From contig NW_021831404.1 of assembly GCF_006345805.1 (NCBI RefSeq), forward strand, positions 62,001 through 126,000: DNA of 64,000 nucleotides, written 5' to 3'. The position numbers and the translations under genes were made by a program. Each line of letters begins with the position of its first letter. Position 1 is the first letter of the stretch. A model generated the notes under the pieces. It was given only the letters and a program-made list of their open reading frames with translations. It searched no databases and was not told the origin of the DNA. Below, one piece after another: positions 26,401-39,030 of the stretch. The DNA comes from Octopus sinensis. Lineage: Eukaryota.

Positions 26401-29400
26401 ATAGACATTACTGTCTCAAGGCTTAAGCCTCATAAGGCCAGTTACCTGGTTGTGAAATTGATAAGGTAACTGGTAATATCATTTAAGACAGACTGGTATC
26501 CTATCCAGGTGGAAGATACATCTCTTATCTTAACCAAATCTTTAAAATTATTTAAGGTTGTAAAGACATTTTTCTTTAACCTTTTTTTTTGGTACCAACC
26601 CCTAACCACCCTTGGTTCTGTGATACAAACTCCTGGTTTTAATGTGTTCTAAATTTAAACTCCCCATCAAAATCTCATGTTAATTTATGTTCTAAACACC
26701 AGCTTAACCCTTTAGCATTTAAACCAACCATATACAGCCCAGATATTCTATCTGTTTATAGTTCAAACCTCTCGCACCTATGCTACAGTGTCGTTTTTAA
26801 AATAAGCAATTACACCAACAAAATCTCAAAGCTATGCGATAATGTATCATTAATTCAAAACAATATAAATAAATAAACATTATATTTGACAGAGTAATCT
26901 GAAGGCTAAAGGGTTAATAAGGACAAAATTATTTTTCTACATTTTTCACCCATCCATTAATTTTTGCTGGCTACTATTCCCAAGCGAGTTGTAGGGGTTA
27001 GAATCCTCAGGCACCTCTTACAAGGGTTCAATTAGATGTAGAACGTCAGCATCAATGAATCCCACCTGAGCCATGTAATCATAGACAAGTAGATGTTAAA
27101 TGATGATGATGATGGTAGTGTTTACATGGTGATCAATACATAACAACATCCAAGAATTAAAAATATACAGAACACACAGAAAATATCACAACTAGGCACC
27201 ACCACCCATCCACACACACACACATATTACAGGGTATTTTCAATACCACAGAACAATACAAAAATGTAGTTTTCACTGCTGTCAGAAGCGGAATACGTAC
27301 CGTTTTAACAATATCTGTCCAAGTCCAGGTTGATCTGCCAAATTCCAGGTTGAATTCATGTTATTTATTAGATGGAGCACATCTGGATTGGAATCGGTTG
27401 ACTGGAAATGTTTAGAGAGAAAAAACGGATTAATTCTTTTATAAATCTGATGTGTCTGTAAAGAAGACACACACAAACATACATGCACACACAAACATTA
27501 ATATATATATATATATATGGGAAATATATATATATATATATATATACACTACCGTCAGAAATTAATTAGCACCCTTGATTTGCTCTTCACTCAAGGTATG
27601 TGCTGTCACCTAGTGGCCATATCTCGAACTATTGCTTTGTTGCGAGTTCACTGTTGCGCAGAACGATGACGTAACTTTGTTTGCAGAGCAGTTTGAGAGT
27701 CTACATCCTTATGATGTTGACATAGCAGTGCAACAACAACTTGGAGTGCGGATGCAGACAAATCTTCCTTTGTTTAATAGATATAGGTAGCGCCTCGCAA
27801 GGACCGAAATCACACCATACTAAGTTTTCTCATCGCGTAAGACGTTTTGAACAGCTCATAGGTTAATTGATTTAACCTATTTAATGTAGAAATTTGAGAA
27901 GTGCTAATTAATTTCTGACCAAGTGTATATATGGAAAAAAAAGTCAAGGTAGAAAATGCTAAAATAATTTTATAAAAAAACATTTCAGTACCGGTTTCAG
28001 TCATTGATACTTCTTCAACTGTAAGTATGGAAAACAATTAAATTTCGGAAAAATTAAATGAAAAGTTTTTTAAAAGAATATTTGCATAATATTCAAATAC
28101 AAGGGGCACTTTCCTTGTTTCTGCCTGTCTCTGTCTTTCTTGTTTACTCTTGTGGGTTCGAGGGTACAAGAGTAAACAAGAGAGACAGAGACAGGCAGAA
28201 ACAAGGAAAATGCCCCTTGTATTTGAATACTATGCAAATATTCTTTTAAAAAACTTTTCATTTAATTTTTCCGAAATTTAATTGTTTTCAATACTTACAG
28301 TTGAAGAAGTCTCAATAAATGAAACTGGTACTGAAAAGAAATTTATAAAATTATTTTATATAGCATTTTCTACCTTGGCATTTTTTCTATATATATATAT
28401 ATCAATTCATATGTTCCTTTTCAACCTTCTACATACATACATGTGTATATATATATATATACATATAAACATATCAATGTAATAACCATCTTACATAGTT
28501 GCCAGAGAGCGATCTTTGGATGATAGGTGTCACGTAACCTCCACGAAATATTGTTGTCCACAGAGCACTGTCACACAGATCTTCTGAGGTTTCATCAAAC
28601 AACAAAATTATTGGGGTTTTACCAGTCACTGTAAAAAAAAAATTACACATATATATATATATATAGCCAAATCAAACATTAAAAACATCAAATAACAAAA
28701 TACGAGAATGTACATATGGAAAGTATTAGCTCAACGCTCAGTAAAGATAGAAAAAAAGAGTGGGTTTTTAATGTTTCAAGCAAAGCTCTTCGTCAGAAAC
28801 AGGAGAGAGGAAAAGTTCAGAGAAGGGAAAAGTCCATGGAACGCATGTGTATGGTTACGTGGCTGAAGTGACCAACCACATATACTTAATTGCTTCAAGG
28901 TGGTGAGCTGGCAGAAACGTTAGCATACTGGGCGAAATGCTTAGTGGTATTTCGTCTGCCGTTACGTTCTGAGTTCAAATTCCGCCGAGGTCGACTTTGC
29001 CTTTCAACCTTTCGGGGTCGATAAATTAAGTACCAGTTATGCACTGGGGTTGATCTAATTGACTTAATCCCTTTGATTGTCCTTGTTTGTCCTGTCAATG
29101 TTTAGCCCCTTGTGGGCAATAAAAAATATATATATATTTATATATATATATATATAATATAGGTGTAGGAGCAGCTGTGTGGTAAGTAGCTTGATTACCA
29201 ACCACATGGTTCCAGGTTCAGTCCCACTGCGTGGCACCTTGGGCAAGCGTCTTCTACTATAGCCTCGGGCCGAGCAAAGCCTTATGAGTGGATTTGATAG
29301 ACAGAAACTGAAAGAAGCCCGTTGTATATAGATATAGATATATATATGTATGTGTGTGTATATGTTTGTGTGTCTGTCTTTGTCCCCCAACATCAATTGA

Positions 29401-32400
29401 CAACAGATGGTGGTGTGTTTACGTTCCCGGAACTTAGCGGTTCGGTAAAAGAGGCCGAGAGAATAAGTACTAGGTTTACAAAGAATAAGTCCTGGGGTCG
29501 ATTTGCTCGACTAAAGGCGGTGCTCCAGCGTGGCCACAGTCAAATGACTGAAACAAGTAAAAGAGTAAAAAAGTAAAAGACACATTGCAAACTTCAAAAA
29601 GAAATTGTGGTGAGATTAACTGCACTGAGTCTTACCTGGGTTAGCTGACATAGTTGACCCACACAATTGGCCTAAAAACTTGGTCAGCAAGAGCAACATG
29701 TCATAGGGCCATGTTAGAATGGTGTCAGCACTTCCACGAGCAGTCACCTGACAGAAAAGCATAAGAAACATTTGTTATATATATGTGTGTATATGTGTGC
29801 ATATGTGTGTGTGTGTGAAGGTGTATGGCTTAGTGGTTAGGGCATTCGGCTCCTGATCATCAGGTTGTGAGTTCGATACCCAGTGCCACATTGTGTCCTT
29901 GAGCAAGACACTTTATTTCACGTTGCTCCAGTCCACTCAGCTGGCAAAAACGAGTGGTACCTGTGATTCAAAGGTCCAGCCTTGTCACAGTCTGTGTCAC
30001 ACTGAATCTCCTTGAGGAGTACATAAAGGGTTTGTATGACTGTGGAGTACTCAGCCACTTGCACATTAATTTCACAAGCAGGCTATTCCATTCATCAGAT
30101 CAACTGGAACCTTCGTCATTGTAACTAACAGAGTGCCAGTCATATATGTCATCATCATCATCATCATCGTTTAACATCTGCTTTCCATGCTGGCATGGGT
30201 TGGACAGTTTGACTGAGGCCTGGCAAGCCAGTAGGCCGCACCAGGCATCAATCTGATCTGGCATGGTCTCTACAGCTGGATGCCCTTCCTAACGCCAACC
30301 ACTCCAAGAGTGTAGAGGGTGCTTTTTACGTGCCACCAGAACGGGAGCCAGTTAGGTGGCACTAGCATCAACCACATTCAGATGGTGCTTTTTTCATACC
30401 ACCAGCAGAGGAGCCAGTCAGGGGGCACTGGCACACACACACACACAATACAATAGCCACAAACAGTGAGAATATGTAGTGAACACCACATCAGTCGATA
30501 AATACTTTCTTTAGTTATGGATTTTTTTCACAGAACTTAGGCTTCATGCTTTACAATTCACAATTTTTAAATGCACCAATATAAGATGATGGTAAAACCA
30601 CCATCATCATCATCATCGTTTAGCGTCCACTTTCCATGCTGGCATGGGTTGGACGGTTCAACTGGGGTCTGGGAAGCCAGAAGGCTGCACCAGGCCCAGT
30701 CTGATCTGGCAGTGTTTCTACAGCTGGATGTCCTTCCTAACACCAACCACTCCATGAGTGTAGTGGGTGCTTTTTACGTGCCGCCGGCACAGGTGCCAGA
30801 CGAGGCTGGCAAACGGCCACGATCGGATGGTGCTTTTTACGTGCCACCGGCACGGAGGCCAGGCGAGGCTGGCAACGGCCAGATATGGTGCATCGGCTAG
30901 GAAACAAACCCGGTCCGCCCATGTGGCAGGCGAGCGAATTTTCATCATGTGATGCCAGGACAAGGAAACAAACAAAATATAGACACTTATATGATGGCTT
31001 CTTTCAGTTTCCACTCACAAACTTTTTGTAGAGCCTGAGCTATAGCAGAACACACTCACCCAAAACGCCATACAATGGGACTGAACCTGTAACTATGGGG
31101 TTGGGAAGCAAACTTCTTAACTACACAGCCATACCTAAGAATATATAGTTTACACACACACACACACACACACATATATGATGGACTCTCCCATCAAAGA
31201 CAACATATGAATGTTGAGCTTTTTGCCGAACGAACTGCATAAATGATTTGTTTATAGGGATCAAATGTATATGCCGTGCATTAGCTCACCCCCACCATCA
31301 AATTGGTGTTGCCCGAACAGGTGCACACAGGTGTACCACGCATCAGGTGTCGAAGTGATTGCAGAGCAACATGAGATGAAGTGTTTTGCTCAAGAATACA
31401 ATGCATCACCCAGTCTAGGAATTGAAACCGCAATCTCATGACTGAGTGCAACACTCTAACCACTAGGCCACGCACCCTCATAAATGTGTGTGTGTGTGTG
31501 TGCTATATTTGTTGTATTATAATGTAAGAAATTTAATACAAAACATGAAGGTGAAAAATGGTGGATAGCATTATATTCAAGAGTAAAAATAAAAAAGAGA
31601 ATAAAATATATCACTGATTTCCAGGAACAAATTTTATTATATCATCATCATCATCTTTTAATGTCTGCTTTCCATGCTAGCATGGGTTGGACAATTTGAC
31701 TGAGGTCTGGTGAACTAGATGGCTGCACCAGACTCCAATCTGATCTGGTAGAGTTTCTACAGCTGGATGCCCTTCCTAATGCCAACCACTCCGAGAGTGT
31801 AGTGGGTGCTTTTACGTGCCACCGGCATGAGGGCCAATCAGGCGGTACTGGCAACGGCAAATGCTCAAATGGTGCTTTTTATGTGCCACCTGCACAGGAG
31901 CCAGTCCAGCGGCACTGGCAACAACCTGGCTCAAATGTTTTTTCACGTGCCACCAGCACAAGTGCCAGCAAGGCGACACAGGTAACGATTACATTCGAAT
32001 GGTGTTTTTTACGTGCCACTGGCACGGAGGCCAGCTTGTTGCTCTAGCAACGATCATGCTCATATGGTACTCTTAGCGCTCCACTAAATCTCTCAGAGAT
32101 TTACGCAGTAGCAGCACGATAAGGTGACAGTATGTTGGAGGTGTTGGAGCAGCACGATAAAGTGATAGCTGGGTGGAGGTGCTTGTCTCCACTTTGAAAA
32201 TATAAGGACACAGGAAATGTGTCAAGTCCAACAGGAAACGATGTTTCCTAGGGCTAAATAACAGTAGCATTCTTCCCTTTCATGGGACTTTCACATTAAG
32301 TCGACAACATACTATCACTTTAAGTTTTATTATATTCAAGTATTCAGGTAAATAAGGTAATGAATTCCAACTCACTCGAAACTTGTATTCCCAATCTGTT

Positions 32401-33780
32401 TTACCAGTTTCCGATTTGAAGTTGAAGTACAGTGATGATCCATCGAAGGTGAACGTATTTGGCCAGTCTGCCAGACCTACTTTGTGGTGGAAACGGAAAG
32501 ATTTACCTGCACTGTCCTTGAACTGAAGATAGTCAAATCTGTAATGAGGGAAAAATAAAACATGTCAGACCAAGCTGCAGCACAAGGTTTTCACCAAAAC
32601 AATCTGGATAGTTAGTTCAACCAGTACATGTGAAAAGTTGGTGCCATGTAAAAAGCACCCAGCGGACTCTGTAAAGTGGTTAGCATTAGGAAGGGCATCT
32701 GTCAAACCATCCGACCCATGCCAGCACAGAAAATGCACATCAAATGTTGATGATGATGATGATGTAATGCATCAGCCTTGAGCTGTTACCTTTTTTAACC
32801 TCTTTTACTTGTTTCAGTCATTTGTCTGTGGCCATGCTGGAGCACCGCCTTTAGTCGAGCAAATCAACTCCAGGACTTATTCTTTGTAAGCCTAGTACTT
32901 ATTCTATCAGTCGCTTTTGCCAAACTGCTAAGTTACGGGGATATAAACACACCAGCATCGGTTGTCAAGCCATGTTGAGGGGACAAACACACACACACAA
33001 ACATACACACACACACACACACACTTATATACATATATACGACGGGCTTCTTTCAGTTTCCGTCTACCAAATCCACTCACAAGGCTTTGGTTGACCCAAG
33101 GCTATAGTAGAAGACACTTGCCCAAGGTGCTATGCAGTGGGACTGAACCCAGAACCATGTGGTTGGTGAGCAAACTACTTACCACACAGCCACTCCTACG
33201 CCTGAGCTACTTACCACACAGCCACTCCTACGCCTGAGCTACTTACCACACAGCCACTCCCTTTAGTATTTAAACAGGCCCAAATATACCTGTTTTATGT
33301 CGGAAATTGGCCAAATCTAGGTCCTCACACCAACTCTACAAGATCATTCTAAACATTAATAGCTACCTCATGAAAATCTCAAAATAATGCAAGATTAATT
33401 CAAAACATGTGAATAAATAAGCTTTACTTTTGACAGAATAATTTGAACGCTAAAGGGTTAGATACAACAAATTGATGCTAGGGTACCTCTAGCAGAGTTC
33501 ATTCTGATGTAGTCATGTCAAGTCAGATCAAAGATGGTCTGCAACTGATAATCATGAAAACCAGTACAACCCGTTTCGTGGTCAGCCGATTGATGACCAA
33601 AACGCTAGTGAAGTTGCTTTACTAGCGAGGCTGCCTGCAAGACTAAGGACCTAAAGTGGCACCTACAACTGAAAGTAACTGGAAGAGAATACATCATCAT
33701 CATCATCATCTAATATCTGCTTTCCATGCTGGTATGAATTGGACGGTTTGACTGGAACTGGTAAGCAAGAGAGCTGCACC

Positions 33781-33818
<38 letters not shown>

Positions 33819-35369
33819 GGGCATGGCTTAATGGTTAGGACATTCGGCTCCTGATCATCAGGTTGTGAGTTCAATACCCAGTGCCACATTGTGTCCTTGA
33901 GCAAGACACTTTATTTCACATTGCTCCAGTCCACTCAGCTGGCAAAAATGAGTCGTACCTGTATTTCAAAGGGCCAGCCTTGTCACAGTCTGTGTTACAC
34001 TGAATCTCCTTGAGGAGTACATAAAGAGTTTGTATGACTGTGGAGTACTTAGCCACTTGCACATTAATTTCACAAGCAGGCTATTCCATTATTCTGATTT
34101 GGCATGGTTTCTACGGCTGGATGTCATTCCTAATGCCAACCACTTTACAGAGTGTACTGGGTGCTTTTTACATGGCACTGGTAATGGCCCCAACTACAGT
34201 TTCACTTGGCTTGATGAGCCTTCTCAAGCACAGCGTATCGTCAAAGGTCTTGGTCACTTGTCGTTGCCTCCGTGAGTCCCAACATTTGAAGGTCATGCTC
34301 AACCATCTCCCCTCTTGCCTCCGTGAGGCCCATTACAAATACAATATCTTCAATGGGCTTCCATACAATTTCTGTCTGTCCAATGTGATTAAGTGCTAAC
34401 AAGAGTTATGAGAGAAGTCTATTGCCTGAGATGCTATGCAGTGGGATTGAACCCAGGACTTCACGAGATTTTTAACCACTCAGTTTTACCTGCATCGTGT
34501 GTGTGTATATGTGTGTGTTTGCACACACATCTATGTGAAAGTGAATGTGTGTGTTTACATGCCTATGTGGACATGTGCACATATGTGTGTGAGCGAAAGT
34601 GTGCATGTGTGTGTAGGTGTGAATGTGGATACATGCATGTGTACATGTGAATAGATGTGTGCAGCACATGTGTGTGTATGCATGTATGTGTACCTGCTTT
34701 CAGTTTCACAGCAGCTGTCAAAGTTCACAACCATTTTGGAGGCACCTGGACAAAGGAAAACCTGGAAAGAGAAAAAAATAAAGTATTTTACTTTCATTAA
34801 AACAAATTAATTAGAGATTAAAACTCAATTAAAAAAGCGAAATAATTTCTTCAAAGTTAATGTCTTGGGGCCTCTCTAATGACTATGTCTCAAGATCAGT
34901 TTCACAAGCTGAACATACATGGTAATGTGTTACATGCATCTCCTCCATAGCAAGGCATCTGTGCTTGTCCTATCATAATTTACCCTTCCGACAGCAGGCA
35001 TAAATCCCTCTCCCTCTTAAATATTCCCCCCTACCATTGAGTTGTGGAGATTTTTTCCTTGTTCTTTTTGTATCATGCATGTTGCTTGGCGACCTCACTA
35101 GTGCGGCCTATCAAACCATCCAAGCTTATGCCAATATGGAAAATAGATGTTAAATGATTCTTTTATTCTTTTATTTGTTTCAGTCATTTGACTGTGGCCA
35201 TGCTGGAGCACCGCCTTTAGTTGAACAAATCGACCCCAGGACTTATTCTTTGTAAGCCTGGTACTTATTCTATCAGTATCTTTTGCTAACCGCTAAGTCA
35301 TGGGGACGTAAACACAGCAACATCGGTTATCAAGTGATGGTGGAGGGACAAACACAAACACACAAACAT

Positions 35370-35400
<31 letters not shown>

Positions 35401-35796
35401 CGACGGTCTTCTTTCAGTTTCTGTCTACCAAATCTACTCACAAGGCTTTGGTCGGCCCAAGGCTATAGTTGAAGACATTTGCCCAAGGTGGCACACAGTG
35501 GGACTGAACCTGGAACCATGTGGTTGGTAAGCAAGCTACTTACCACACAGTCACTCTTACACCTATATTGAGCGCCTTTATTGAGGCAGATTTTTATGTG
35601 TGATGATGATGATGGCAATGATAATGATGATGGGTGACTCAACACTGACTACAGGGCTTAGAAAAACTGAAGGACTTCTGCAATAATTATGAATCTGAGA
35701 GGGCAATAAGTTCCATAAAATCATAATTAATTGGTCCTCCTGTATTTTTTTTTTACCGAAGGCCAGGAACTTTTCAGCACCCCCTCATATACATAC

Positions 35797-35828
<32 letters not shown>

Positions 35829-36610
35829 TGATGGAATTTACAAAAAAACAAAGAAAACAAAAGATGAAGATGGGTGTGTAAACAACAAACAGATGTATTA
35901 GTTTAATGCTCAGGAAGTGAGAAAGTCTTTCATGTTTCGAGCCTACGCTCTTCAACAGAAAGGAACTCAGAAATAAACAGAGAGAGAAAATTAAAAAAAG
36001 ATTTAGTGGCTAGCGATCAATCACATACATATATATATATCACATGTTTTTAAGACAGTGAATGTGTGTGTGTGTGTGTGTATTCAATTTTAAAAACAGA
36101 AAACATTAAAATAGAGAGACAACATTTACCTGAGATATCTGCTCTTTACTGTCATAACAACTAGGTGACTCCACTTGCCAGACCTTCAAGATGACATCAT
36201 CTTTGTTCTCATTCACCCAAAAGTTGTGAGAAAGCTGAAGAGATTAAATATTGATAGTAAGTATCATAGTAATTACATTATCTATCTATCTATATATATA
36301 TAATTGTATCAAGGACCAATAATCCTTTAAGGGATGCTAGCATCTTAGTTCTCCGGTTCATACAAGTGTTTAGTGAAAACTAAATATACTGGCTTTGCAT
36401 TGATATATATATAGGCATTTAAAATATTTATGAATGAGAAAAAGAAGTGGAGAAATTGACATGCAGACATCAGTTTCCCTAAAGATATTCAAATCCATAT
36501 AATGAAATCCATTCGTGAAATTTCATGGGACTGTCACATTAAGTTGACAGTATACAACTACTTTATCATACCATTACTACATAAATTTCTCTGACATATT
36601 TAGAAATGTA

Positions 36611-36665
<55 letters not shown>

Positions 36666-38933
36666 ATATATGATTACATCCACACATCAACATTTAATGT
36701 CCATTTTTCCATGCTTGCATGGGTCAGACAAAAATTTACTGAGGCAGGTTTTTTTACAGCTGGATGCCTTTCCTGCTGTCAACTCTCACCTGTTTCTCAG
36801 GAAAGTAATATTTTCCAGGTATATTTTATACACAAGATTGGAAGCAAAGAGCATCACTTGTATAATGGTGATACTCATTAACAACCATTCTAATGCCAAG
36901 ACTTGGGTAAACACACACACATACACACACACACATACTCAAGGCTTCTTTAAGTTTCCATTTACCAAATCCATTCACAAAGCTTTAGTCAGTTTTGGGT
37001 TATAGTAGATGTTTGATGCCATGCTGTGTGCACTCACCACTTGTATCAAGTATCATCATCATCATCGTTGTTCTTTTCACATACACTTCTTTCAAGCTAA
37101 ATCACACCACATTTAGTCCAACAATGCCATTTCTAAGAGATTTGAATTCTCTACTTACGTCAGGGAAAAGCTCATGCAGTTCCAGAGACAATTGTCGGAG
37201 TTGAAGCAGAATCGGTTTGAAGTGCTGCAACAGTAAACAGCGTGACTCTGGGTCCAGTACCTCGATGGTGGAACTCAGTAAAATCAACTGGAAACACAAC
37301 AGACAGTGAATAAAATATATAACTAAAGAGCGAGGAGAAATATAAAGGGTCTTTAATCTCATGTTATAGGGGCAATTATGAGAATATCCTCTTGGTGTAG
37401 TGTATCTAGAAATAAGGCAACCTACCTCAATTTATTTCTCTAGTTCTCTCTCTCTCTCTCATATATATATAATTACTTTCTCTCAAATATACAGGGTGCG
37501 ATGGGTAAATTGTCGCCATTTTATAGTTTTAATTATGTGCATGCACATTGTTTTTTATTTTGTCGACTACACAGTATAGTAGGGTCAGTTGGGCACTGTC
37601 TGTGAGAAAAACAACACCATGGCATAATTCACTCCACCAGAAATTTGGAAATGACTGGAGCCAGAAGCTCCAGTACGAACATTTCAGAGTGTTTGGGTGT
37701 CAATATGAGGACAGCGCAATCTGAGGACATGTACTGAGAGTGATAAAAATCAAACATCAAGTCAACATCACTAGTGATGGTGACGTTATACCTCCATTCT
37801 ACTTCCCACACAGCCTCACACTCAAGATGGGCACCAAACACCCCAGACTGCAACGCCCTTGATTATTATGTGTGGGGTGCAGTTGAGCAAGAGACCATCA
37901 AAGCTCCCTGTAACATCAAAAATGAACTGAAGACAAGGATTATGGTAGCATTCACCAACTTAAACAAGACCGTCCAGAAGAGTTGCAGAAGATTCCAAAG
38001 TTATCTGGAGGCTGTGGTTGAAGCTAATGGCGATTTTAATGAATAAATTTACCCTTTAGTATTTCAAGATATTTTTATGTAATTTTGGTAAATACATCTG
38101 TTAAAATGAGATGTCAGTGTTATTTTCATTTTTGCATAATTTACACAACAGTTTATTCACCACACAATGTATATATATATATCATCATCATCATCATCGT
38201 TTAACGTTCGCTTTCCATGCTAGCATGGGTTGGACGGTTCAACTGGGGTCTGGGAAGCCAGAAGGGTGCGCCAGGCCCAGTCTGATCTGGCAATGTTTCT
38301 ACAGCTGGATGCCTCTCCTAACGCCAACCACTCCGTGAGTGTAGTGGGTGCTTTTTACGTACCACCGGCACAGGTGCCAGACAAGGCTGGCAACAGCCAC
38401 GATCAGTTAGTGCTTTTTACGTGCCACCGGCACGGAGGCCAGACGGGGTTGGCAACGACCACGATCGGATGGTGCTTTTTACATACCACTGGCACAGATC
38501 AATACCTTATTAGTGCAGAGTTAAGACCTGAATAGAAAAAATATATATATATATGTTGTCACTCTCTCTTTCTCTCTCCCTCTTAATCCCACAAACTAAA
38601 TACAGTCTACAGCATTACATTATGAGTATAATCAATTTAGTACTCACCAACTGTCGAAATGGTAATGAGGGGAATAGTTTATCCAGCTTTGGTAAGACTT
38701 CAATCTGTTTCAGAGGAAAAGAAAAAGATATTTGGTTTAGATTTAAATACACTAAATATATAGATGCAGTCATGACTGTCCAGTAAGAAGCTTGCCTCCC
38801 AACTACATGGATCTGGGTTTAGTCCCACTGTGTGGCACCTTGGGCACATGTCTTTTACTATAACCTCGGACTGACCAAAACCTTGTGAGTGAATTTAGTA
38901 GAAGGAAACTGAAAGAAGACAGTCGTGTATGTA

Positions 38934-39030
<97 letters not shown>

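Noticed and set aside
31800-32075. CRISPR-like repeat-spacer appearance
   Set aside because: Eukaryotic context, no cas genes, spacers homologous to one another, and the array is part of a dispersed repeat.
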